Shown piece after piece: positions 1 through 14,274 of a stretch of DNA of 64,000 nucleotides. The position numbers were made by a program, and so were the translations under genes. The stretch is from Eledone cirrhosa (Eukaryota): positions 116,126,001 to 116,190,000 of the forward strand of contig OZ024742.1 in NCBI GenBank assembly GCA_964016885.1. Reading direction: 5' to 3'. How positions within the stretch are numbered: the stretch's first letter is position 1; every line of letters starts with the position of its first letter. The notes beneath the pieces were generated by a model. That model was not told the origin of the DNA and ran no database searches. It worked only from the letters and a program-made list of their open reading frames with translations.

Positions 1-125
1 AAACGCTCGGATAGTATTTAAGCTTTCACAGAGAGAGCTCTAAAAATACGTTTAAAATCTACATCATTGAACGTCTACTGGCATATTTTATGAAGAAGAA
101 AAGAAGAAACATTAAATAAACAACA

Positions 126-126
<1 letters not shown>

Positions 127-156
<30 letters not shown>

Positions 157-216
157 CTTCTTCTTCTTCTTCTTCTTCTTCTTCTTCTTCTTCTTCTTCT
201 TCTTCTTCTTCTTCTT
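127..216. repeat. (CTT)n microsatellite, probably the (AAG)n 3' tail of the adjacent RTE LINE
   Basis: About 30 perfect CTT units directly abutting the 3' end of the minus-strand RTE fragment. Confidence 0.9.
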
Positions 217-1000
217 GTCAGAAGTAACCGCCTCAAAGTAATCATGCCGGAACCCCAAGTGAGACTAGCCAAGCTCATGGATTTATCCAACCATATTGCT
301 CGGGGTCTACACCTGGGTCTATGTCGGTTGGTTTTGCTCGTAAAACTTGTCCAGCGATTCTTCGCTGAGATATTCTAGCCACATGCACATATCGGAGCTA
401 TGATTTCTCAATCCGGAGACGTAGCGGCTCTAACTGAGTGACTCTTTGATCTTCGAGCTATGCACTCTATCGAGTACGTTATGCCGAAAGACCATCAGGG
501 GAATTCCATTTCGGCCGCTTGTATTTACGATCGTATTATTTCGGTCATTATCCAAGATTCATGACATAGTTACGGGTTGGCATGAATACCGAATTGAAGA
601 TAACGAGTTTTGCTTTTACACCTACCTCCCTTCTTCTGATTACTAAATACTGAAGATGGTGTATTACTACACAAGCTCCTGCATTCTTACACTTAATTCA
701 GCCTCCTGATTTCCATCACTCGTGAACACGTCTTCGGGATACTTGAACATCTCTACCTGCTTCATTGGAACACGATTTACATGTAGAGTGCACTGCGCAG
801 GCTTCCATTTTAGTACGAGTGTCTCAGGTTTTGCAGCACGGATTTTCATTCCAGCCATGCGGCACTCGGAATCAAACCTCTCATGTGTAAGTCGGAGATC
901 ACCTTCTATCGAGTTAAGTAACACCATGTCGTCTGCAAATTCCAGCCGGCTGATTTTATAATCATCAGTCATGATACCACTTCTAACCCGTTCGCGCATG
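217..1000 (-). mobile_element. 5'-truncated, degenerate RTE-clade LINE (RT domain and C-terminus)
   Basis: ORF 667..999 reads ISRLEFADDMVLL...GMKIRAAKPETLV...QVEMFKYPEDVFTSDG (FADD catalytic motif and following RTE-type motifs). It ends in a short tandem-repeat tail, as RTE elements do. Confidence 0.8.
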
Positions 1001-1734
1001 TCACACCTGAAAACAATTATTGGTGTCTGAGCGGATGGGGCAAATCAAAATGCTTTCTTCCGCTAGTCACGCTAGTCTCTCGTCTTGAAATCAAGGACAG
1101 AATCGTTTTCATATCAAGATGTGTCGTAAAGGAAGGCACGTCATATACAGCTATATGTATTACCAGACACCAGCTTCTAACAATAATTTAACACAAAGGC
1201 ATTTCAATAGAATTCAACATAATGAATACGATAGCATTCACCTGAAATACAATCAGATATGTAGACGATGTACCACAAGCGGAAATGTTGAAAGAAGGAA
1301 TAATACAGAGTAATAAATGTGTCAGTAGGGCAGACAAAGAAATACAGACTTTTATGAATTAAATGAAACACTTCAACAGAAAGTTTTCACAACACCCAGC
1401 GTGGCGTCCTCTCCGAATGAACCTGTCTGACAGCGTCTACAACAAGCTAGATTTTATAGAGTTTGTTATCTGGATCAAGTCTTGATATTTGTCTTACGTT
1501 AACCAAAATCGTTGTCAACGTCAATCATCGAATCCATCTTCAAACTGTAAAACAGAAAATGTAGGCATTCTTATCTCTCGTTTCTTGAAAGACCAAAGTC
1601 AGATACTGACAATCAAATGAGTCCTAAGCTATGGTAATAATGAAATACTGCAAAGCGTCGTCTTACAAAGCTGACGAGCCACGTACAGTTGAGTGATTGA
1701 CATTAGCATGCTGTTGTTCTCGGATGTATGAATC

Positions 1735-2295
1735 ATTTACGAGGCTCGGCCTCGGGATCTTCAAGCCACACCAATGTCGCTGCAGATCCACCGTGAACTC
1801 TTTCGGCCTCCACACGTTTTCCTGTCGCCACAGTGCCGGCCGCCTTCCACGCCATGCTGCCCTCAACGATGTCATAAAGCAGGGCTTGGACGCTGCAGGA
1901 TTCCCCTCCCAGCTCGAGCCTGTGGGGCTGGACCGAGGGGACGGCAAAAGGCCAGATGTCATGACCATCTTCCCGTTCCGTGGTGGCAAACCCCCTCGTT
2001 TGGGATGCCACTTGCACCGATACTTTCTGCAGCTGCAACCTGGTGCAGTCTGCGACTAACCCAGATTCTGCTGCACGTCGGGCTGAGGAGGCCAAACTCA
2101 ACTACTGGTCGCTCTCCGACAAGTTTGCGGTTGTACCCCTGGCAGTGGAGATTATGGTGTCCTCAGCCCTAGGGCTACCTCCCTACTCACCACCATAGGC
2201 GCTGAGCAGGCCAGCTGCAGGTGTGAGCCCCGCGAGTTGGAGCGCGTATCCCTTGCCGTCCCGCGGAGAAACGCCTTCTTTATCCTGTCAGGCGG
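1735..2295 (+). mobile_element. CRE-like non-LTR retrotransposon 3' fragment (CCHC knuckle plus REL endonuclease), frameshifted
   Basis: CRCRSTVNSFGLHTFSC, RHAALNDVI, EPVGLDRGDGKRPD, then after a frameshift LVWDATCTDT, VPLAVE and VSLAVPRRNA-like motifs. Confidence 0.8.
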
Positions 2296-3270
2296 GGCTG
2301 GGTGTGTGTGAGGTGTGGTAGTGTGTGTGTGTGGGGGGGGGGGGGGCATCGCGTATTATTCCATATTTAAGTATGGTCAATGAAGAATATGTGCCAATAG
2401 CCGGCTGTGGTTGGATTTCAGGTACTTTTGCATGTCGTTTGAGCCCTCCCTTTATTATCGCACTCTACTATTTAATCTACTAATGAATGTTAATTTGATT
2501 TCAGTATATAATGAAACAGTTCAGAACCCTACACATGTTCGTGACATGTTCATAGCTGTGCCTGAGTACTAAGATCTTTAACTTTGAAAGCCACGTTTCT
2601 GATTTTGACGTTTTAGAAATCCATTCTATTGAGGATTGACTACGGAATAATCTATGTCAGAGAGCTTAACTTCAGAGAAGGCCCTGTCACTCATGTTTTC
2701 CGTATTTGGGAAGTCAAAGGTAATGATACTCTATATTAGATACATAGATCTTTCTCGAAAGTCCTCTTCTGAAAGGAAAATCAGACATATTAGAGATAGG
2801 GTCCGATACCCACGGTCTTATCAGAAAACATTGCATTTTAGTCTTTAAAGATCTTTATTTACATAAGTTTCACCGAAAAATAGATTAGGAAATAGGAAAG
2901 AAATTTCACGGTCCTACTAAAAGGTGCTTAGATGCATAACTCCCTATCATAGAAAATCATCCATTTCGGTTGAAAGATTACGACTAAATCACAACATACA
3001 TTAGAACTTCCTTGATCCATTAACTGGAGATAGTGCGTGTAGTGAAAACTACAAAAAAAAAAAAAAAATTGATCTAGAACATTTCAACAGAAATTATTCA
3101 ATTATTCAAAATAGAATCGAACATAAAATTGAATTCGGTTTTCCACCAGAACTCTGGTTACACTGAATAAAACAAATTAAGGAATGTGTCTATTTATATT
3201 TATTGCACATTCCCCTCTCTTACACTCATACACGCAGACACACACACACACACGCACACACACACACACA

Positions 3271-3367
<97 letters not shown>

Positions 3368-3429
3368 TTAAATATACATATTTAATATATATATTTAAAT
3401 ATACACTATATATATATATATATATATAT

Positions 3430-4085
3430 ATATTATGAACAGATAGATATTTAAATCATTTTGTTTTATTTATTTAAAGGATTGTTTAATGTTTGTTTGT
3501 TCTGCTCATCTCAATGTTTATAGTTCTGGTATCTCAAATTAGTACCATTGAACAACAATTATATTATAGACACCCTATATATCTCTATGGGGACTTAGTA
3601 CTCAGAGAGATATTTACCTCATTTTATATATTCTCCAATCTATGTAGAGAAAAATATTCATTGTTGCTTACTGCTATTTTTTAGCAGCAAAGCCATCAAC
3701 GCGTCTGTAATATTCCTTCTTTCACTAGCGGGCAGTTCACGTGTGGGTTACTTTAAGAGCCATAACTCATACCGGCTGGTAGTTGGCATTATATGTGCGG
3801 GCTGTGCGATTTTGTCCTATTGGATGGAAATAGCTATCTGATGAACTTTACTTTTCCGTTAGAAATTCTCTGAATCTCTAATCTTTTGTAAAGCGAACCC
3901 GCCGGTAATAGCATTATGAACAGGTAGATATTTAAATCAATTTTAAATTTATTTAATGTTTGTTTGTTCTGCTCATCTCAATTTTTATAGTTCTGGTATC
4001 TCAAATTAGTACCATTGAACAACAATTATATTATAGACACCCTATATATCTCTATGGGTACTTAGTACTCAGAGAGATATTTACT
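3430..4085 (+). mobile_element. Partial-tandem hammerhead element (retrozyme/PLE pseudo-LTR-like) in (TA)n
   Basis: Direct repeats 3430-3615 and 3913-4085, with a hammerhead core just before the second copy. Flanked by TA runs. Confidence 0.7.
3833..3912 (+). ncRNA. Type I hammerhead ribozyme, one core substitution (GAAA to GAAC)
   Basis: GCTAT-CTGATGA-[CTTTAC...GTAAAG]-GAAC-CC GCC GG-TA-ATAGC. Stem I GCTAT/ATAGC is perfectly complementary. Confidence 0.7.
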
Positions 4086-4114
4086 ATATTTATGTATATA
4101 TATATATATATATA

Positions 4115-4207
4115 TAAAACGTGAGAAGAAAGGAGAATACTGCGTGGTTTGCAAATGGGTTACATATGATACAAATAGTCCTTCGTCAGTGATTTTCCAA
4201 CCATCAT
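4115..4207 (-). repeat. Dispersed repeat (second copy 9997-10090, + strand) with a CTGACGA half-core
   Basis: Shared AATGATGGTTGGAAAATCACTGACGAAGGACTATTT..ATCATATGTAACCCAT. Both copies abut (TA)n. Confidence 0.65.
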
Positions 4208-4535
4208 TAAAGTAAACAAAATAGAAGGATAAAAGCAAACCGAAGATAGGAAAATAAACAAGCAACATGGTTGTCCGGTCAGCTTAAGCTGGGTGGATTT
4301 CATGAGCGAGAGAAGACAGACCGTGTTGATGTGTGTGAGATGTGAGCAAGAAGAGACCCACACAAGCCAAACGGCAGGAAGTGAGAAGGGGAGAAACAGA
4401 GAGTGAGTGAGTGGAAGTGTGAGGAAGTGGTCAGACGAGAGAAAGTGTAACTGACAGAGGGGGCGAAAGAAGGTGAGAGAAAGAGAGAGAGCGGGGAAGC
4501 AGTAAGAGAGAAACAGACAATCGCAGCCGAGGTAA

Positions 4536-4568
<33 letters not shown>

Positions 4569-4573
4569 AATAT

Positions 4574-4726
<153 letters not shown>

Positions 4727-4729
4727 GTA

Positions 4730-5010
4730 TATATATTATAAAGAAAACGAAAAATCAGTGATGCATCTGGACTTAGTTTATTTCGTGTTACAAATGTTTC
4801 GCCGGCATGAACCCGCAGAAGTAGAATCAGCCAGATCCATACAAGGACCATGACCCCAGATACATGCCGGCGAAACATTTGTAACACGAAATAAACTAAG
4901 TCCAGATGCATCACTGATTTTTCGTTTTCTTTATAATATATACACTCTACTTTGATGAATATCGAGTGCTAATTTTAGCATACCGCCTACGGAAGCACTA
5001 TAGCTACCAC
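4730..5010 (+). mobile_element. Fold-back element: ~78-bp perfect inverted arms plus 3' tail, in (TA)n
   Basis: Arms 4731-4809 and 4863-4940 contain a hammerhead 3' half (GAAAC ATTT GTA). Tail hairpin CACTC...GAGTG at 4943-4968. Confidence 0.75.
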
Positions 5011-5192
5011 TTTACACAAATATATATATATATATACAGAGAGTCAAACAGGGAAAAGCCACCAGTGTATGGAATCTATAGCCCATGGAAGGCAAAGTAG
5101 ACACAATAATTAAAAGTATAAATCAAATTGCAAATACGTACCTTGATAACTATCTAACACACACGTACAAATCCAACAGGATCTGTTTCACC

Positions 5193-5304
<112 letters not shown>

Positions 5305-6040
5305 ATTTAAGAATTGCTAACCAAATTGAACAACGCTCAGAGAAAAATACAAAGATTAACCGCAAACAGGATGTTTTAACATTTATACATATAAACAATC
5401 TCATTAGAAGCTATGTAATGGAGACACCCAAGGTAAACAGATTATAAAGCAAAACCTGTCGACATTTCCATCATTGTACCCTTTAGGCGTCAGCTGGCCT
5501 TCGAGCAATAGCAGGCCAAATTAGCTAAAATCCTACCCTTCTAATATAAAATGTATGGCTCATCGAAAACGTGAATCTATATAAACTGCTCCTTAAAAAC
5601 ATACATTTTAAAGACAGCATATTTGTAATTGAAATATGTTTGATCGTAGTTCTGCTTGATCAAGCTTACATAGAGCTAAATAAAAACGAGAGCAACTCAC
5701 CAGCAATGTTATTGAATGAGTATGAAACAAATATTAGGGTTGACACTACTCTGTTACTTGGCATGTTAGACATAACAGCCAAATATTCCTTAAATTACAC
5801 ATACCTTCATGAAATAAAGTATACATAATCATAATCACAAACTATTTCGGTCACTATATTGCCGCACGCTTATGTGACTTGTTTGGCCGGCAGGTGTGCC
5901 CTTAACATTAGCAGCGATTAGAAAAATGCCTAGATATTTAAAAAATCTGGGAGCTGTATATGCCCTCACAAAGTGCAATACGTTAGTCCAACGCTGTTTT
6001 AAAGTTATTTTAATATATATAGATATAGCTACTCTAACTA

Positions 6041-6550
6041 TCGTATATCTAAAGATATACGGTATATTTAATAAATAAATATTTTGAAAGCTCCGCTATA
6101 AATATTGAAAGGCTCACGGCCAGCGCCGTCTCGAGGATTCCATCTATAGATATACGAAATTCACATATATATATATGTGAATTTTGTATATCTATAGATG
6201 GAATCCATATATATATGTATACAGCTATGCTGAAGCTAAATTTTAATTCTACTTTTAAGTTGAGCAACATATGCAAATGAGTATAATCAGTCTAACCTCA
6301 CAGGCGAAGATACTATATATTCTCACCTGTTTTCAAATTACAGCAGAAAACAGCAATGAGACTCATTAGCTCGAAATGCGCATAGACAGTTGTCTCTGGG
6401 TATTTCTGCTGTATCCGCTAGACGGTGCTGTCCGTCAACCCTCCGTGTTCGTAGCTGGTCTTTCAAATTGTTTATTTATTAAACATACCGTATAGCATCA
6501 TATATACGAAATTCACATACACATATGTATACAGCTATATTGAAGCTAAA

Positions 6551-6560
<10 letters not shown>
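6041..6560. mobile_element. Degenerate nested fold-back element related to the 44178-44520 element
   Basis: Diverged inverted repeat 6041-6098/6451-6510 and internal palindrome 6135-6206 centred on TA. GTATACAGCTATGCTGAAGCTAAATTTTAAT...AAGTTGAGC resembles 44445-44498. Confidence 0.55.
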
Positions 6561-6637
<77 letters not shown>

Positions 6638-6734
6638 TATGGCCCGTCCGGCTGGCGCCAGATAAGGTACACCTGCCCCCATCACTCCACTGCAAAGATA
6701 CCACACACCCTCCCGTGTCACATTGTCCTTCCGA

Positions 6735-6801
<67 letters not shown>

Positions 6802-8927
6802 CCTCTCTCTCTCTCTCTCTCTCTCTGTCTAACGGCCTATCTCTTTCTTTTCCCCTCCCTCTGTTTTTCTGTCTCTCTCTGTAGATGTGTGTGTGTAGTT
6901 TTCCTAATCATCTCTTTCTCTCTCTTTCCCGCTCTCTATGTGTATATATTGGAGGAAGATACGGAAACTAAAACACTGTTGTCATATAGAGAGTGAAGAG
7001 CGACAGAGAGAGTAAAGCAGTTAAATTATAGAGAGGGGGAATTATCTATTATAGAGAGCGGGAAGAGCGACGGAGAGAGTAAAGCTAAGAAAATATAGGG
7101 AGGTGTGTAGGATACATACATAATACATATACACGACACACAACTTTATAATATTATAGATATATATATCGTATTTATCTGCCTGTGTGTGTGTCGTATA
7201 CAATGTGCTTCTATGTGAGTATATATATATCTGCATCTTCATGTACATTGTGTTTTCGTGAAGGCGTGTCTCTTAGTGGTGTGTTTGTTCGATTTACAGT
7301 CGTGAGTTCGGTAATTCTATTCCTAGTAGTGCATTGTATCATGGAGCAAGACATGGTGCTGCAGCCTATATAGCTAGGAAAATGGAGAACATTCAATTCA
7401 AAATGCCAGCCTTCTTACTCATTTTGTCACTCGGAATCTCCCTGAAAAAAATGTTATGGTTGAAGCTAACTATAGCGTGTTCAAACACGTTTATCTCACG
7501 AGCACGCTGCTCCGTTATTCAAACAACTAGAACACTCTTGTAGAAATGGACGGTGGTTCAACGCATACATACCCGTGTGTGTGGGCGTGATATCTATAAT
7601 CGTTGCATAATATATGTAGGGATGAATCTGTGTATATGTCTACAAGTTTGCAGCTATTTATGTATACGTGTATTTATGTTACAACCATAAACGTCAATAA
7701 ACGTTAGAACAACCAGTTCGAATCAGTAATCACACAAACGATCCCAAATTTACACTGTGTTGTTAAATGGCATCGTAAAATATTTGGTTCGACGAGAATA
7801 CAATGTCTATCGTACATATAAGTATATATATATACGGGGGTGTGTATGTGTGTGTATGTGTGTGTTTGCGTGTAACTAAGAATGGTTTACCGAAATGTAT
7901 TTGGGAGAAACGACAGTTAAGTCACTCAATACCGGATGATTTCAAACGAATGTATCAGTTCTAGTAGTGTAGAAATCATTCTTATATGAAGTACACGTGT
8001 TTATAAGAGAGAAGGTGGGACAGAGAGCGTAGAAGAGTGCGAGAGGAAGTGGTGTGTATACCAGGTATAGATAGTGTAACTAAGTCTGATACGTAGCTGT
8101 TGTTCGTGACTTCTGGTGTAGGAAAACGGGTAAAAAAGAACAATTTGAATTTGACATTACAATGTTGAGGTTTTTACCGATTGTTTTTATTGAAATGTTT
8201 AGCAGAAATTAAAGGTTACATTGTAAGCAGTTGTTGAACAATTACCAGAAAATAAAAAAAAGGTAAGTTTGAACAATTACCAGAAAATAAAAAAAGGTAA
8301 GTTTAAATAAGGAGAAATTTCCTTATCTTCACATGTAGAAATAAAGTAAATTAGATAAGATTTCCATTGATTGATCTGGTTAATTAACCATAGGGGAAAC
8401 GATAATGATAATAACATAGGCAAGTAACTGAAATGATTATAAATCAATGAGGTGATTAAAGAAATTGCGTGTGAGCATTTTTTAAGTACGGCGGGATCAG
8501 AAGAGATTTACATTGAGGGTGTATGAAAGATAGAGAGGAAGACAGTTAAACAGTAAGATTGTTTGATGATAGAGAAGAGGGGATTATAGAGCAAGAGAGA
8601 GAATGAGAGAAGTTTAAAAAGTGTTCTTCAAATGTTCGTATACATGACGTATAACCGAATGTAATAAAAAAATAATTAAAAGTATTGCAAATTGAGTGAA
8701 ATAGTAAGAGAAGAAAGAATAAAAAGAGCAAGTGATGGAAGGATTTCATAGTGGTGGCAATTAAGGTTGAAAAAACTAAATTGTTTGGTATGAGCAGAAT
8801 TTAAGGGAGGAAGAGGTTGATTTAAATAAAGTTCGTTATATTAAAGGGAGGGGTGAATAAATGAGATGTATTGACGTTAAAATGGTGAGTTAGAGAAGCA
8901 TAATGTAAAGAGAAAATTTGAGAGATT

Positions 8928-9111
8928 AATAATTGTTTCTACTTTTGGCACAATTACCCCAGTGCATTACTGGTGCTTTATTTTATCGACTCCATAAGGA
9001 TGAAAGACAAAGTAAAGTTAACCTCGGTGGGATTTGAACTCAGATCATAAAGAGCCGTAACTCTTTGCTGCAAACATGGCGTCAGACCCTCTACCGATAG
9101 TGCTAATCCAC
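8928..9111 (-). mobile_element. tRNA-derived SINE (octopus-type)
   Basis: Reverse strand has a degenerate A box (family consensus TGGCAGTATCGG) and B box GAGTTCAAATCC, followed by the CTTTCATCCTTA..GGTCGATAAAATAAAG body shared with about 10 copies in the window. Confidence 0.8.
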
Positions 9112-9515
9112 TTAATAATAATAGCACATTGAGCCAAAGAGGGACCGGAAGTATATGACAACTGCCCCGCATAAAAAAAACACCCTCTCAGACACTTTAA
9201 ACTTTGTGTGGAATTCTCCATCGCAGAATCAAGAAGCATTCTAGTTTTGACTTGACAAATATCTCTGAGAAACTGTGAATATGTATGTTGAAATGAAGGG
9301 AAATCGAAGGACAAAGAAAAGTGAGGGAGGAACGAAGAAATAAGTGAATAAAAAGATAAATATTTAAAAGAAAATAAGACGTAGATAAATAATCTAAGGA
9401 AGAAAGAACATGCGCAATATATATATATATATATATATAAATATAAATTCAGCGAGAATCGCATTTCGGCGTGTAGAAAAAGCGAAACGTAACGCAAATT
9501 CATATATATATATAC

Positions 9516-9960
9516 TAACTAGAAATTGATTAACATATAAATAAACATGAATAATCACAGGAGATAATTTTTACAAGTGTGTAAGCACACATAGCTCGGT
9601 AGGTAACTAAATAAAGTTAACTAGAACTTCAAAAATACCGGCTTCCATGGTTTACCATTCAATTAATGGGTGAAATATATTTCTTTAATGGAATATATAC
9701 AGGGAAGATTAATCATATTATAAGGTATCTATTTTTGAAGTTCTGGCTAACTTTATTTAGTTTCCTACCTAGCTATGTGTGCTTACACACTTGTAAACAT
9801 TATCTCCTGTGATTATTCATGTTTATTTATATGTTAATCAATTTCTAGTTATTATAAAATGCTCGGACCTATTCGTTAGAATCCTAGAGCTTATTTTGCG
9901 GGTGATATGGCGCATGTCTTTCTGGCATGACACCCATAATTTTGATTATCTTAATTTTGG
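9516..9960 (+). mobile_element. Fold-back element with ~120-bp arms plus tail (sibling at 16590-16950)
   Basis: Arms 9516-9637 and 9730-9851, bounded by TA runs. Confidence 0.75.
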
Positions 9961-10246
9961 ATATATATATATATATATAAATGCGATGAAATACCAATGA
10001 TGGTTGGAAAATCACTGACGAAGGACTATTTTTATCATATGTAACCCATGTCCAACTACGCAGTATTCTTCTTTCTTCTCTTGTTTTATATATATATAGT
10101 ATAACTGAACAAAAGATAAAAAAGAACACAGACATATGCATGTATGCGTTCAAGTCGTAATGGACCAGAAACGCTAAGGTGAACAAAATACTAACTCAAT
10201 ACCTGCTTTTGATATATATATATATATATATCAAAAGCATGTATAT

Positions 10247-10400
10247 ATAGGAAAAGAGTCAAGACCCCGTCGGCTGAGCTCCGACCGTTTCGACTCAGTC
10301 GTCGGGTTCTTGACTCTTTTCCTATTACCCACTCTACTACCCGTAGTATCGAGTACTCTGGTGCGTTATAGTCCAACTGCTTCCTTTCCACACATCCTTC

Positions 10401-10412
<12 letters not shown>
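10247..10412 (+). mobile_element. Short fold-back element plus tail (sibling at 20191-20396)
   Basis: Arms 10247-10278 and 10294-10325. Tail ACTCTACTACCCGTAGTATCGAGTACT. TA flanks. Confidence 0.75.
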
Positions 10413-10476
<64 letters not shown>

Positions 10477-10802
10477 GAGAGAGAGAGACAAAAAGAGAGA
10501 GGCAGTCATAGATAGTTAAATAGATAGAGAGATACGTGATTTGTGCCCTTGTACAATGAAAATAAAGCATAAGTTGAAGATACATTCTTAATTAGATCAT
10601 TGTTTTACGATCGTTTCAAAGGGTTGACTGATCATGGTAAATCGATACATTGATAATTCAATAGTGCTTATGCCTCCACATGGTGTCGATATTCCAGATC
10701 CAACACAACATCATCCTCAAAAACAATGCACTATAATTTATATTAGTAAGATATATAAGGAGGCTGAAATGCATCAATTGTATATATGGAACGAGAGAAA
10801 GA

Positions 10803-10990
10803 ATAATTGTTGCTACTTTTGACACAAGGCCAGCAATTACCTATGGTCATTACTGCTACTTTATTTTATCGACCCCGTCAGGATCAAAAGCAAAGTTAAC
10901 CTCGATGGGATTTGAACTCAGACCGTAAAGGGACGTAACTATGCTGGAAAGGATGGCGTCCGACCCTCTACCGATACTGCCAATTCACCG
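10803..10990 (-). mobile_element. tRNA-derived SINE
   Basis: Same family as 8928-9111, with A and B boxes on the minus strand. Confidence 0.8.
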
Positions 10991-11102
10991 AGAGAAAAAA
11001 ACGATGGACACATAATAAAATAACAAACAATAATTATAAGGATGCAACAGAGAAAGGAGAAGAGACAAACAGAGAAGAGCAATTAAGGACACCCACACAC
11101 AC

Positions 11103-11155
<53 letters not shown>

Positions 11156-11279
11156 AATGATCACTTCCAATCGAACAAATCAACCACATGAGGTCAAATC
11201 CTATGTGGGTATGGCGGAGGGCCGATGAAAAGAACGCTTCCTGAACCATCAGTTGCACTTTAGGTACCCGGAAAAACGA

Positions 11280-11560
11280 TCATCCACGAATCTCGCGAGC
11301 CACGTATGATCCCTCAAAGACTCAAGTATAGACTACTCCATTCAATGGAAAGCTATCACTAAGCCCAAGCCATACGCAAGGGGAAACCCGTCTTGTGGAC
11401 TGTGTATTGTAGAAAGGATAAATATTCTAAAGAAATTACGCAATATGGATTGCCTAAATTCAAGTAATGAAATCTTCTCATGTTGTCCACATGTATGTAA
11501 ACACCTCTTGCATAACTACAAAGCTCCGGATTGAATAACAACAACATTCTAATTTTCTAA
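11280..11560 (-). pseudogene. Degenerate PIF1-family helicase fragment (Helitron-like or other mobile source)
   Basis: MLLLFNPELCSYARGV resembles PIF1 VMLLRN..GLCNGxRG. FPLRMAWA resembles QFPLRLAWA. A shifted frame gives VFEGSYVA, resembling VFxxGQxYVA. Order is correct, but stops interrupt it. Confidence 0.45.
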
Positions 11561-11865
11561 TCAACTCGAACATTATATTCCGGACTTTCGCAGTTATCTC
11601 CCTTACACCTTTCGCCCGTGGTTTTGAATCGCGTGGGTGAAATGACCGTTTCTGCAGCATGCACGATCATACGATTGTTCTTCCTGTTCCGTATAACCAT
11701 GACCAGTCCGAGCTGAAGATTCGCATAAGATGAAGCAATTGTTCTCGGTATGGTGAACTAACTGTTGTGTTACTACTTCTACCAAACTCGTCCCATGGAC
11801 TGAGTGCTCTACCACTATGTATATTACCTTCCAGTGTTCTACCTCTATATATGTATATATCTATA

Positions 11866-11915
<50 letters not shown>

Positions 11916-12432
11916 TGCATGTGTGTGTGTGTGTGTGCGCGCGTGTCTTTCTTCTGCTTGAGAATGAACACGTGACAGGGATGCAATGTCTGCTACTATT
12001 AGTCACTTACTGCCACACTTCACACCGGTACTAGGCATAGACCAGAAACCTGTTCATAATATGAGTCCCAGTTTCGGTCTACAAATACCACAAACTTGCA
12101 TATTGCGCAAGTAGAATTGTTGATTTCGGATTTCATAGAAACCTAACGAGGATATTGTATAATACCCTCGCAACGGTCCAGGTTCGTTATTTAACCTTAT
12201 TTTATTTTCGTTGTTGTGGTGGCTTCTGTGGCTTTTGCCCATTAACTACAGTTTTTAATCTGTTACACTATTTAACGTATGTTTATTACTCTAAGGTATA
12301 ATATATAGATTTATCGATACATTCTTATTGAATGCTTCGCACAACTCCCAATTGTTTTTTGGCGGATGTTGGCCGACTGCCACAACTTCGATTTTACTAA
12401 CCTTCCACTCGTTTATATTTATATATATATAT

Positions 12433-13800
<1,368 letters not shown>

Positions 13801-13885
13801 GAAGTCACAGTTTATGTTATGTATGTATGCATACAAAACACCCAGTGCTTCAATCAAATACTTTCACTTTACGTATATATATATA

Positions 13886-14274
13886 TATCAAAATGAAAAT
13901 CCGATGGCAAGGTAAAATTTCAATCATTTAATCTCGACACATGTTTCCATAAGAGATAGATCGATTGTGAAGCCATGATCGATTATTACTGATTTCATCA
14001 GGTGAAAATGAATTGTCTTCAAATTCTTGATATGAGGGAGAAAAAATAACGATGTTCTCTCACAGAATTCATTCCCTCATATCGTGATTAAATGATTGGA
14101 ATTTTACCTTGCCTTCGGATTTTCATTTTGATACTTATACTCCGTTTTACATCATCTAGCTGTTCCCTTGAATGGAATTGGAGATATACAAAAGCGTGGA
14201 GAACTTAATATTGCTAACATAAATTCATTGGACCATTTTACACAACCAGTAATGCACCTTACTATATAACAACT
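13886..14274. mobile_element. Fold-back element with hammerhead on the minus strand (13932-14005); sibling at 59053-59357
   Basis: Arms 13886-13937 and 14082-14133. Minus strand reads TCAC-CTGATGA...GAAAC ATGT GTC. Confidence 0.75.

Noticed and set aside
8234-8302. Duplicated 34-bp unit ending in AG|GTAAGT (splice donor-like)
   Set aside because: No supportable upstream exon or acceptor; treated as a local tandem duplication.
12138-12186. Hammerhead-like CTAACGA...GCAACGGTC
   Set aside because: Two core substitutions and no stem I; at best a decayed relic. The same applies to CCGACGA...GAAA at 14369-14400.
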